A stretch of 63,916 bases of DNA, the filler included, from Octopus bimaculoides (lineage: Eukaryota), in the NCBI RefSeq assembly GCF_001194135.2. It is 8 parts of 7 records of this genome, joined end to end, with 100 filler letters (N's around TTAATTAATTAA, not from the genome) between each part and the next. Parts side by side here need not be neighbours in the genome. Positions count along the whole stretch, not along the records: positions 23,958 to 33,234 come from NC_069008.1; positions 33,335 to 40,398 come from NC_069008.1; positions 40,499 to 48,355 come from NC_069002.1; 5 more parts are not named here. One strand, given 5' to 3'. Shown one piece after another: positions 28,196 through 40,899 of this stretch. The notes below the pieces were generated by a model. That model was given only the letters and a program-made list of their open reading frames with translations, searched no databases and was not told where the DNA came from. How positions within the stretch are numbered: position 1 is the stretch's first letter; every line of letters begins with the position of its first letter. The translations under genes were made by a program, and so were the position numbers.

Positions 28196-28197
28196 TT

Positions 28198-28535
28198 GCT
28201 TCCCAACCACATAGTTCCAAGTTCAGTCCCACTGCATGACACCTTGGCCAAGTGTCTTCTACTATAGCCTCGGGCCGACCAAAGCCTTGTGAGTGGATTT
28301 GGTAGATGGAAACTGAAAGAAGCCCATTGTAAATATGTGTGTAGATTGTATATACATATATACAATATATACATTGTATATATTGTATATATATAAGTGT
28401 GTGTGTTTGTCCACCCACCACCATTGCTTGATAACAAATGTTGCTGTGTTCACATCCCCATAACTTAGTGGTTCAGCAAAAGCGGCCGATAAAATAAGTA
28501 CTAGGCTTACAAAGAATAAGTCCTGGGGTTGATTT
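28198..28535 (+). mobile_element. SINE family B
   Basis: Same motifs as 25885-26240. Confidence 0.85.
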
Positions 28536-30144
28536 NNNNNNNNNNNNNNNNNNNNNNNNNNNNNNNNNNNNNNNNNNNNNNNNNNNNNNNNNNNNNNNNN
28601 NNNNNNNNNNNNNNNNNNNNNNNNNNNNNNNNNNNTATATATATGTATACACACAAACATAAACACATATATATACATATGCATTCATACATATATATAC
28701 ACATGCATACATATGTACACATATGTACACAAATACGTATACACACACCTACATACATAAATACATATATATATACACACCCACATATATACTCATCCAT
28801 ATACACACACAAACATACCTACATACATATACTCACCTATACATCCATATGCATATATATATATATATACACACACATACATATATATATATATATACAC
28901 ACATACATATATATACACATACATACACATACCCAGATACATATATATACTTACATATATAAAAATACCTATATATATATATATATATTTATTTATATAT
29001 GTATATGTATTTATATATATATATATAGTTATTTATTTATATTTTTTTTATATATATATATAAATATATATTTATATATATATATATATATTCATTTATA
29101 TATATATATATTTATTTAGTTATATATATTTGTATATTTATATATATATTTATTTATTCATATTTTTTTTATTATAGTTTTATTATAGTTTCATATTTAT
29201 ATATATCTTTTATTTGTACATATATATTTATTTATATATATATATATATATATTTATTTATTTATGTATATCTATATTTATTTATATATGTGTGTATATA
29301 GGTGCAGGCATCTAAGTGGTTCAGAAGTCTGCTTTCGAACCACATGGTTTCAGGTTCAATTCTCTTCCACTATAGTCTCAGTTTGACCAAAGTGTAAGTG
29401 AATTTCACACACAAACTAAAACTCCATTGTTTATTCATACAAACTTATATATACATGCATGTGAGTGCGTGTGCACGTATTTCTAGCATGGCCAGAGCCT
29501 TATGGCTGAAACATAAAAGAATAGGCGCATAGCTTAGTGGTTAAGGTGTTGCCGTTATGATTGCTAGATCATAAGTTCAATTCCTGGATGAGGTGGCATG
29601 TGTTCTTCAGCAAAATGTTACATTTCACTTTGCCCTGCGATCATTTCGACATTTGATGAGCAGCAAAATCAGGCACCGGTTCAGACAATGTCAATGCGAT
29701 TGGCTGGAGTGAGCTTAATATAAGCCATACACATACGAAAAGATGCCTGAAAGTTCCTGTCTCTGAGTAAAAGAAAATACAGGAGGATCAGTTAATGATT
29801 TTATTCAATATATTTCCCTGTAAAAGAACTCGGAAGGTTTGGGCCTTAAAACCAGGAACTCCCCCCCCCTTTGTTTTGATATTGCATGGCTGTTGTAATT
29901 AGATGTCAGGTGTTTTCAATATTTGGGGAAAAAAAACATGTCTAACCATGAGAAAATATTACCTTGCTAGGAAACAGGTTAGTGTTGTCAATAAGAAGGT
30001 ATTTAGCCTTAGAAAATCTGCTTTAGTAAACTCCAGCCCTGTGCAAGCCTGGAAAAGTGGACATTAAAACAGTTATATATATAATTATAATTCATATATT
30101 CAACAAACAAAAGATGCCCAATACATACAAGATAGATTATTTAA

Positions 30145-30341
30145 CCCTTCAATATTCAGATTACTCTGTCAAATCTTATGCTTGTTTATTCATTTTGCTT
30201 TGAATTAATCCTGGATTATCTCATAGCTTTGAGATTCTGATAATGTGATTGTTTTTAGAATATCACAGGTGTGAAAGGCCAAATCTGGCCTGTATGAACG
30301 TAAACAGGTAGAATATATCGGTTGGATTAAATGCTGAAGGG
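30145..30341. mobile_element. piggyBac-type MITE (197 bp)
   Basis: TTAA|CCCTTCA...TGAAGGG|TTAA. Confidence 0.8.
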
Positions 30342-31209
30342 TTAAACTCACATATTGCAATGATTAAGTACAAGTTGTTTACTTAAATAAGGTTTATTTA
30401 CATTGGAATAGGTCGTTTCCCATCTCGTCAGGTTATTGTTGTCATCGATTCGTTCCTAATGTCCGTTTTGACAGTACATTGTCAGTAGATGTTCACACAT
30501 GCAACAGTTTCTTAGCGTCATCCTGAAGCTGCTTTACTGAAATCTTTTCTTGGTATACCATTTCTTATCAACCAATCCAGTAGTCACATTTTCTCTTCTC
30601 ACTTACTGCATAACCACACCTCATTTTGCAAAGCTTGTTTATCGCTTATTCATTGGTTGGTTCAACAGTTATCCTATATCTTACCAGTTGCTTATGTCAT
30701 TCACATCTTACTTTGCTAAAACTGCTTTGTTTACTTCATAAACTATGTAGTTTTTGATATACTCTGTGGTGGCTTTGTCTCAAGGCTATTATTCTTTCCT
30801 GTAAATTAAATTGTTTTCTTGGTGTTGGAATTGTTTTTTCCCAGTTCTGTCATCGCTGCTGTTGCATTTGTAAATAAAAACAGAGAAACGAGACATGCAA
30901 CATAAAGAACTCGTTTCTCTGTTTGTTTGTTTTCATCATTGTTCAAAAAAAAAGTTTGTTTTCTATGTTATTGATTTTTATGTTCTTGTTTCTCATTGTC
31001 TATGTTTTTTTTAATGTCCTATACCCACATCATCATTAAACGTCCGCTTTCCATGCTAGCATGGGTTGGACGATTTGACTGAGGACTGGTGAAACCGGAT
31101 GGCAACACCAGGCTCCAATCTAATTTGGCAGCATGTATATATACGATAGATCGCTGACCAAACCATTCAATTTTTATTCTCTGTGCTTTTCTCCTTGTTT
31201 TCTCCGTAT

Positions 31210-31246
31210 TCTTTCTGTTGAAGAGCGTAGCTCGAAATGTTAAAGA
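31210..31246 (+). ncRNA. Minimal type-I hammerhead-ribozyme-like motif (A6U variant)
   Basis: tcttt-CTGTTGA-A-GAGC-gta-GCTC-GAAA-tgt-t-aaaga: stem I tcttt/aaaga, stem II GAGC/GCTC. Confidence 0.55.
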
Positions 31247-31926
31247 CTTTCTGTATTCCCGAGCGTCAAACTAATACATCCTTTTGTTGTTTACACCACC
31301 TGTCCTCGTCTGTTGTTNNNNNNNNNNNNNNNNNNNNNNNNNNNNNNNNNNNNNNNNNNNNNNNNNNNNNNNNNNNNNNNNNNNNNNNNNNNNNNNNNNN
31401 NNNNNNNNNNNNNNNNNNNNNNNNNNNNNNNNNNNNNNNNNNNNNNNNNNNNNNNNNNNNNNNNNNNNNNNNNNNNNNNNNNNNNNNNNNNNNNNNNNNN
31501 NNNNNNNNNNNNNNNNNNNNNNNNNNNNNNNNNNNNNNNNNNNNNNNNNNNNNNNNNNNNNNNNNNNNNNNNNNNNNNNNNNNNNNNNNNNNNNNNNNNN
31601 NNNNNNNNNNNNNNNNNNNNNNNNNNNNNNNNNNNNNNNNNNNNNNNNNNNNNNNNNNNNNNNNNNNNNNNNNNNNNNNNNNNNNNNNNNNNNNNNNNNN
31701 NNNNNNNNNNNNNNNNNNNNNNNNNNNNNNNNNNNNNNNNNNNNNNNNNNNNNNNNNNNNNNNNNNNNNNNNNNNNNNNNNNNNNNNNNNNNNNNNNNNN
31801 NNNNNNNNNNNNNNNNNNNNNNNNNNNNNNNNNNNNNNNNNNNNNNNNNNNNNNNNNNNNNNNNNNNNNNNNNNNNNNNNNNNNNNNNNNNNNNNNNNNN
31901 NNNNNNNNNNNNNNNNNNNNNNNNNA

Positions 31927-32182
31927 CATCATCATTAAACGTCCGCTTTCCATGCTAGCATGGGTTGGACGATTTGACTGAGGACTGGTGAAACCGGATG
32001 GCAACACCAGGCTCCAGTCTGATTTGGCAGAGTTTCTACAGCTGGATGCCCTTCCTAACGCCAACCACTCAGAGAGTGTAGTGGGTGCTTTTACGTGTCA
32101 CCCGCACGAAAACGGCCACGCTCGAAATGGTGTCTTTTATGTGCCACCCGCACAAGAGCCAGTCCAGGGGCACTGGCAACGA
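31927..32182 (-). mobile_element. SINE/LINE-tail family C ending in (GAT)n
   Basis: ttaggaagggcatccagctgtagaaac...ccaacccatgctagcatggaaagcggacgtttaatgatgatg; copies at 27053-27272(-) and 31028-31130(-). Confidence 0.85.
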
Positions 32183-32714
32183 TGTTACAGTATTTCATTT
32201 ATCAGCAGTCTGAGCTATTGTAGTACTGCCGGTAGACCGTAGTGATAGTCAAACAGTAGGGCTTGTGTAGTGGTGGCACTACACTTAAATGCTCTCCGGG
32301 TGTTCGGTGATAGTGGCACCATGACAACTAGATGCAGTGTAGACAATTACAATTACAGTACAGGCGGCAGTTGTAGTAAAGCAGAGGTAAAATTGGCGTG
32401 GCAGTGTAGGTAGTAGTAGCACTAAACTTAGCTGCACTTCTAGTACCGGTAATAACTGGCAGGATTGATGTGGCAGTGTAGGTGTTAGCGTTATACAAAC
32501 TTGCAGAACAGGCAGTAGTGGTGGTAATTGAAATGGTGCTGTTATGACTACAAACCCTGTTTTTTTACTCTCTCTAGTTGAAATTCTAGTTCTGGCAGTA
32601 GTTGTAGTGGAGATACAGTGGCAGTGTTAGTATTAGTGTCACCCACAAGAGGACAGCAGGCAACTGTAGTTGTGTGGGTGGAAGTGGTTGAATTGATGCT
32701 ACTGTCACTACAAG

Positions 32715-32993
32715 CTTTCTGTTCTCTCTCTCTCTCTCTCTGCTACCCTCTCAGATCTCTTATTTCCTCTTTCCCCTTCTACCTCCTACCAACACTTTCT
32801 GTTCTCTCTCTGCTACCCTCTCTGATCTCTTAGTTCCTCTTTCCCCTTCTACCTCCTACCAATACTTCCTTTTCTGTCTCTGCTACCTTCTCTGATCTCT
32901 TAGTTCCTCTTTCCCCTTCTACCTCCCACCAACACTTTCTGTTCTCTCTCTCTCTCTCTCTCTCTCTGCTACCCTCTCAGATCTCTTATTTTC
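32715..32993. repeat. 70-bp pyrimidine-rich minisatellite (about 4 copies) with an embedded variable (CT)n
   Basis: Units start at 32715, 32795, 32865 and 32935. Confidence 0.9.
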
Positions 32994-33339
32994 ACCTCTC
33001 CCTCCCACCATGTTTATTTCCCCTTCCCTCACTCCCACTCTTTCTCTCTCAGTCTCTCTCCCTCTCTACTTCCACAATACAGTCCTTCCAGCTATCATCC
33101 TCCATCCACCACCACCACACTCACTCTTTACTTCCACCTCTCTCTCTCCTTCACTTTCTCTCACTCCCTCTCTGTCTCTACAAAGAATCTGTTGCAGCCT
33201 GGACCACCATGCTCCAACCACCTCCACCAACACCNNNNNNNNNNNNNNNNNNNNNNNNNNNNNNNNNNNNNNNNNNNNTTAATTAATTAANNNNNNNNNN
33301 NNNNNNNNNNNNNNNNNNNNNNNNNNNNNNNNNNAGCTT

Positions 33340-33648
33340 TAAGTCATCCATGTAAATGAGATGATTTATATTTTTATCAAATATTTTAAACCATACTGTG
33401 CATCATTGAGCAATTTTGAGAGAGGTATTAAGGCTAGACAGAAGAGGAGTGGTGATACTGAGTCACCCTGGAAAATGCCACATGAAAGTCTTACATCTCC
33501 AGCATTTAGAGATTCATTGTCATTGTTCAACGTCAGTGTGGTTCTCCATGATCTCATACTTACAGATAAAAAGTTTTGCAAAGTAGGAGCTATTTTATAC
33601 ATTTCCAGACATTTCCTAATCCAGCTATGTGGTAGGCTATCAAAGGCC

Positions 33649-33652
<4 letters not shown>
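33340..33652 (-). mobile_element. R4/Dong-clade non-LTR retrotransposon RT fragment
   Basis: KKAFDSLPHSWI...GIFQGDSVSPLLFCLALIPLS. Confidence 0.85.
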
Positions 33653-33689
<37 letters not shown>

Positions 33690-33705
33690 GTTATCATTAT
33701 TACTA

Positions 33706-34249
33706 AGTGAGAGAGCAGTGCATGCCATCAACGTGACACTGGGGTACAAATATACGAAGCCCAGTATACCCATCTGTAAAGAGTATACCAAGCACATGCA
33801 TCACAACAACATGTGCGTGACATGGTGATATCATAACAAGACAAACAGCGCATGACCTTGCAGGTGGGGCCCATTTAGAATTTTCTTCAGGTCAAGTAGC
33901 CCGTCCTGCTCAAAAGGTCCCTGAATAAGGGTTGCTTAAGGATGTTGAACGAAACATCCATGTTTCCATATGTGAATTATTCAAAACCCAAAGAATTCCT
34001 CTCAACACATGGCTACGATGCTCCCTCACTACTTCTGCTCATGATCAGAGATGCACATATCATCAGCCACCAAGGGACATACTCAACTGTTTAAGGTCAA
34101 ACAACTGACAAGCAAATCTGTGGTATTGAGCAGAATATTTGCTGTAGCCCATCTTTTATACTAAGACAAAACAATATACATGATAACACTTCCAATCAGT
34201 TCAGATCAGAAACCACGAGAGCCACTGCCTGGTACTGTATCAGGGAATT

Positions 34250-34250
<1 letters not shown>
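33706..34250 (-). mobile_element. Family D copy
   Basis: Reverse-complement match to 51921-52470, embedded in TAA/TTA tracts. Confidence 0.85.
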
Positions 34251-34333
<83 letters not shown>

Positions 34334-35485
34334 CATTATTATTATTAAAGAAAGAATAAGAAGAGTGCGGTTGTTATCGAATGAACAATATTTCGACATC
34401 TTGTGTCTCTTCCACAAGTTCAAAATAAACATCTCAATATTGTTCATTCAATAACAGTCGTACTCTTTTTGTAACAGTCGTACTCTTTTTATTGTTTCTT
34501 TATTTCCTGGAGGAGTAACATCAAACCTTTAAATATTACCAAAATGAAGTAGATTTATGTGGTAGAATTTATGTGGGTAGAGGGTTATGACCTATAACCT
34601 TTAACCTTAGATATGTGCATGATTTCAGTAAGCCAACAAGTGCTCAAAGCTTTTCCGATGAGCTTTCCTCTCCCTTCCATAGAAGCTTTACAGGACATTC
34701 CATTCCAACTCATTTACCCCTTTGTGTATTTCTTCACTCAGTGTCTCCCAAATGTATGTACATGTGTCTGTGCATGTATGTACGTAAGTGTAGGTATGTA
34801 TGTTTGTATGTGTGAAGGTACATGGCCTCGTGGTTAGGGTGTTGCACTCACAATTGAGAGATTGTGGTTTCAATTCCTGAACCAAGTGGTGCATTGTGCT
34901 CTTGAGCAAAACACTTCATCTCACACCACTCTGCCTTGATGTCTGATGCATGGTAACTCCATGCATCTGTTCAAACAACATTGAGGGAGTGAGCTAAATT
35001 ACAGCACATACATTTGATCCTTATAAACATATCATTTGTGCAGGTTATTCAGCAAGAAGTTACAGAGTCGTTTTTTCCTCAGACTATGAGAGACTGCTAC
35101 CCTCATCATGTATTTATGTATTCAAGCAAGTATGCATGTCTGTATGTATAATTTGGAGAGTCCGGTCATTCGATTAGGAAATCAACAACGAAAAACAAGG
35201 GATTGTTAAAAATAGAATTTACAAGATTGATTCCAGATTTTCTTAAAATGTCTAGAATGTATTAACCATCAGAAGATCTCTGAGGGCGCTTTTAGTAGAG
35301 GAAACAATCTGAATAGTTTCAGAAAAGATAGAATAAATCTTGTGTGTGTACACATACACACACACACATGCACACATACACACACATACATATATACGTA
35401 TTTATATATATACACACACACACGCACACACATATATACATATAAACATGTATATATATATATACATATATACATACATAAATAA

Positions 35486-35551
<66 letters not shown>

Positions 35552-36127
35552 GTATATGTAGATGTATATACATATATGTATGCATGTATAGATGTATACA
35601 TGAATTTATCAAAATTCAGCTCTAATTATCCCGAAACAACAAAGCGCTTTGTTCAAGAATAATGAACATATGGAATATGAATATTTATTCCAATGTGTGA
35701 ATACATGTAACTTAATTCATTTTCCTTGTATTACAAAGTGTTGGCAGTTTTTACATTAATGTGTAACAATACTTAGAAATATGACTATTTTGCTATTGTT
35801 TTGCCTTCTCAGCTAAAGTCTGTGCATGTGCAGGTCCATGTGCGTGTGTGTGTGTGTGTGTGTATGTGTGTGTGCGTGCACATGTGTGTTGTGCGTGTGT
35901 GTGTGTGCGTGCGTGCACATGTGTGTTGTGTGTGTGTGTGTGTGCGTGTGTGCGTGCACATGTGTGTTGTGCATGTGGGTGTGTGTGTGAAACAACACAC
36001 TATTCACATCTGTGACTCCTTCTGTATATTTTCTAACATCATTTATTGCCTCAAATGTAACTTTTGCAGCTCATTATATGCTAGACTGTCTGGCCACCAT
36101 CTAGCCAACAAATTTACTGAACATTTA

Positions 36128-36545
36128 CGTGGCTGTGTGGTAAGAAGCTTACTTCACAACCACATAGTTCTGGGTTCAGTCCCACTGTGTGGCACCTTAG
36201 GTAAATGTTTTCTACTATAGCCTGGGCTTACCAAAGCCTTCTGAGTGGATTTGGTTGACAGAAACTGAAAGAAGCCTGTCATACACACACACACACACAC
36301 ACACGTGTGTGTGTGTATGTGTGTGTGTGTCTTTGTGTTTGTGTTTGTCTCCCAACACTACTTGACAACTAGTGTTGATGTGTTTACATCCCTGTAACAT
36401 AGCGGTTTGGCAAAGAGACTGATAAAATAAATATCAGGTTTAAAACAAAAATAAGTACTGTTGTTGATTTATTCAACTAAAAATTCTTCAAGGTGGTGCT
36501 CCAGCATGGTCACAGTCTAATGACTGAAACAAGTGAAAGATAAAT
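36128..36545 (+). mobile_element. SINE family B, near full length
   Basis: Head through the ggtggtgctccagcatggtcacagtc tail. Confidence 0.85.
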
Positions 36546-36905
36546 GATAAAGATGTCTACATTTCATTAATATCACCCCCATCACCTATTAGTTCTGTTT
36601 GTCCAACCAGTCTACCAAATGCCTCACTGTCTTCAGCCTACCCTTACACCATGGAACCACCACTGCCACCACTATTACCTAGCTTCACCTGCAGTAACAG
36701 AACACTACGATCTCATGCACCATTTAGACTCAACACCCTGCCTCCTTCTTGTAGCAACTTCCAGCATTCTTTTTCATCTCGTTCTCCTTTCCTCTCCAAA
36801 CTGTTCTCCCACCCTTTTCTCTCTCTATTTATCTTCCACACATTTCCACACACCTACATACATAACTTTCACCCTGTTCGCACACAACTTACTTATCTAC
36901 TGCAT

Positions 36906-36954
<49 letters not shown>

Positions 36955-36964
36955 NNNNNNNNNN

Positions 36965-37016
<52 letters not shown>

Positions 37017-37615
37017 GTTTACATATCATGGCATGTACAAAAATTTTTACACACACCTGAACACACATGCACACATACACTCATACACAAACACACAGAG
37101 ACACACCCATACAAATGTACTCATACACACACAAACTACTGGGTGTTAAGACGCCTGAAAGTCATAGATAGGTAAGATAACTTGCTCCTAGTCCCATCCA
37201 GGAATTATCCCCACCACACTAAACTGCAGCATACCGGTGAACAAGCAGAACACATATATTGAGTATGTGTGGTTGATAATGTTTGAGTATGTTCAGTCGA
37301 TGCTTACAAAACTAGCTGTGCTTTTTAATTCATAATTAAATTTAATATGATGCATGCATTGTCATGGCACACCAACAAATAGTTTCTACACTATTTGTAT
37401 ACAAGGTATATGAGGTTTATTGATATGCCACTAAAATGACAAAATATCAATATCCATCATCCCTGAATGAGATTAGAGGTGAGTTGTCTTGCTTGTCTAA
37501 GACTTACAGGTGTTTTAACACCCAGCACTTTGAAGGAGTCATCTCCACTGTGCTAAATTTCAGCATATTGGTGAACAGGCAAGGCACATATGTTGAGTAT
37601 GTGCAGTCAATAATC

Positions 37616-37649
<34 letters not shown>

Positions 37650-37681
37650 TATGTGTGTGTGTATCTATATATGTATGTATG

Positions 37682-37795
<114 letters not shown>

Positions 37796-37869
37796 TATAA
37801 AGATATATATATGTATATATATATAGAGATAGATAGATACATACATACATATGCACACACATACAGACA

Positions 37870-39290
37870 AAAATGTATCATATGAAGGCATTATGAATAA
37901 AGATAGAGTGACCCGAGAATATTACACCAGACTTAGGAAAATATGGCAATCGGAACTCTCCTCTTACAACAAAACAATATCCCACAATGCATTTGCAGTA
38001 CCAATGCTGATCCCAACATTTGGGATACTTGATTGGTCTGTAGAGGAAATCCACTCCATAGATATTAAAACCCACAAAACCCTGACAACAACTGGGAACT
38101 TCCACAGAAACAGTGATGTTGACAGGCTCTACATAAGAAGAAATGAAGGCCTGAAATCAGTGCAAACAGCCTTCGAATGTCGTATGGTATCACTCAGGCA
38201 GCACCTGCTAAACGACAGCAGCAAAAATAAATATATAAATGCAATGCTGAAAAGTGAAGTGAGCAACATTGTACGAGTTGGCAGTGAACTCCTCAAGAAG
38301 CACTCTCTTCCTGATGATCTCCTATACAGCCCCAAAACAGCTGGGCTCTCTTACTTCAGAGAAGACTTGGATGGGAAGCATTCAGTATACAAAAAAAAGA
38401 GACTATGCATGGGTATTTTCTCTGGAAGCTTGAAAAAGACAATAGAATTGACACAAAGTGCAGCGTAAGTTGGACACAAGGCCACTACATCACATCATAC
38501 TTTGAAGGTTATGTGTTTGCAATCAAGGAACAAGAGATTGCCACAAAGCACCTGGTGAACAAGAGAGACAGTGATGCTCTTGTAATCCCAAGGTGAAACG
38601 GTATGTGTAGGCTATGTCATGTTTCTGTGGAAGACATCACACATGTGATTCGTAGATGTCCTAAAATGTCATCATGGTACTACCTCCCTATGTGGCATGA
38701 TGTTGCTAAAACAATTTACAATGCCAACCACAAAAAGGACTGTCCTGAAATTAACTTAGAGAATCCCTCTGTTATGGAATACGTCCATAAACACCAACTC
38801 CAGGAATACTGGTGGAATATTCCCATCAAAACTTCTGTCAAATGTAAACATAACAGATCAGATATTATTGTTTAGGACCGAGGGGCAGCTGACCATCATA
38901 GAGGTCAGCTGCCCTGCAGGTATAAATATCTCTTTGAAAATCAAAGCAAAAGAAGATATCTATGGACAACTGCTTCGAAACCCCCAGCTTCTATATTAAG
39001 ACTATGAATTCATATTCATACCAGTAATAATTGGAGCACTAGGTGTATTGTTAGTAAATACTTGAAGGAGAATCTGGATAAACAGATTTTCAGAAAGAGA
39101 AATCAACCGGCTGATTCGTACATTACAAGTGCAATCTGTGAGTGGAACAGTAAAAATATGCAAGACTTTTCTCAAGTTCCAAATGGGAATTTGTCTGTGT
39201 TGACTACATCCCAAAGATGGAGACTTGTATCTTTGTTGGAAAACGGTTCCCTCCTCTAGAAGATTTATAATAATTAAAAAATAGAAGTGA
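37870..39290 (+). mobile_element. 5'-truncated R4/Dong-clade (RLE) LINE, 3' half
   Basis: LDWSVEEIHSIDIKT...FHRNSDVDRLY; CCHC knuckle CRLCHVSVEDITHVIRRC...HD; RLE-like KHNRSDII; ends in a (TACA)n tract; disrupted frames. Confidence 0.85.
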
Positions 39291-39892
39291 CATACATACA
39301 TACATACATACACATTCATTCATTGCATACATATATAAACCCACATTATTTGCTAACCTACGTGTATGTTGTAAAACATCCTATATAGATAATACACACA
39401 CACACATTCTCATTCAACACTGCTACTGTCACCCCCCCTCTATTGCCACAACCAACACAACCAACACCTTCATAACCATTCTAAACACATACACTTACAC
39501 CTACTCGTACAAAATATCTGGAGCCAAACTAACCATAAATAAGAGGAGATACAACATCCGGAAATGTTTGAAGAGAGAGACTCAGAATGGTGAAGAGAAG
39601 GAGGGGTGGGGAACGATAAAGAGACAAGAATAAGAATAAGAAGTGGTTGATTTAGTAAAGAGAGTTATAACCAGCAATTAATAAAGCAAAACCATACCAT
39701 TTTATAAACTTTTTTCTCTCTTTCTTCCCCAGACAAATAATCATAAATTACAAAAGATAGTCTGAGATAATCATAGATCAGTCAGAAAGCTTTTATTTCT
39801 TGTCTCCAAATTGTATTTAAGAAATGGCGTCAGTAGGGAGAGGTCAAAGAAAAGTAATAGTGGTTGGAATGAAATCTTGATAACTTGTTATA

Positions 39893-40055
39893 GGTGCAGG
39901 TGTGGCTGTGTGGTAAGAAGCTTGCTTCCCAACCACATAATTCTGAGTTCAGTCCCACTGCATGGTACCTTGTGAAAATGTCTTCAACTATAGCTTTGAG
40001 CTGACCAAAGCTTTGTGAGTGGATTTGGTAGATGGAAACTGAAGAAAGCTTGTTG
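39893..40055 (+). mobile_element. SINE family B, 5' half
   Basis: ataggtgcaggtgtggctgtgtggtaagaagc. Confidence 0.8.
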
Positions 40056-40084
40056 TGTCATCATCATCATCGTATATATATATA

Positions 40085-40175
40085 CTAGCAGAAATACCCG
40101 GCGTTGCCAGGGTTAAAGAGAATAATGAAATCTAAAAACGCCGTCTAGACTACGCATCATCTTTATATATAGAGA
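40085..40175 (-). mobile_element. Mini non-autonomous Helitron (91 bp)
   Basis: A|TCTCTATATATAAAG ... ccctggcaacgccggg hairpin ... CTAG|T; inserted at an AT with no TSD. Confidence 0.8.
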
Positions 40176-40498
40176 TGTATATACACACACACACCCAAAC
40201 ACACGTATATATGTGTATATCAATATAAATATATGAAAGTCAATGAAGTTTCGTAAAAGAAGGTGATCATGTACATACTTTCTTGCTGTTGTGATTATAA
40301 CACCTCATTGTAAACTATGTTCCTTGTTTTCCCTTGTGGAGCATAAACAAATAGGTTTTTTTGTTGCTGCCCACTCTTGAGCAGCCAACATACAGTTGNN
40401 NNNNNNNNNNNNNNNNNNNNNNNNNNNNNNNNNNNNNNNNNNTTAATTAATTAANNNNNNNNNNNNNNNNNNNNNNNNNNNNNNNNNNNNNNNNNNNN

Positions 40499-40556
<58 letters not shown>

Positions 40557-40694
40557 CCCTTCCTATCTCTCAATTTTCGTATTGCACCCCGAACTAATGA
40601 AATAGGATTTTAATGCAAACACACAAAATACATACTTCTTTTTGTTTTGTTTATTATTACCATTATTGTTATCATTATTGAATTATTATTATTA

Positions 40695-40741
<47 letters not shown>

Positions 40742-40768
40742 TTATTATTATTATTATTATTATTATCC

Positions 40769-40802
<34 letters not shown>

Positions 40803-40840
40803 CATTATTATTATTATTATCATTATTATTATCATCATCA

Positions 40841-40899
<59 letters not shown>

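Noticed and set aside
30400-30830. pogo/Tigger-like remnant
   Set aside because: Too degenerate to support by eye.
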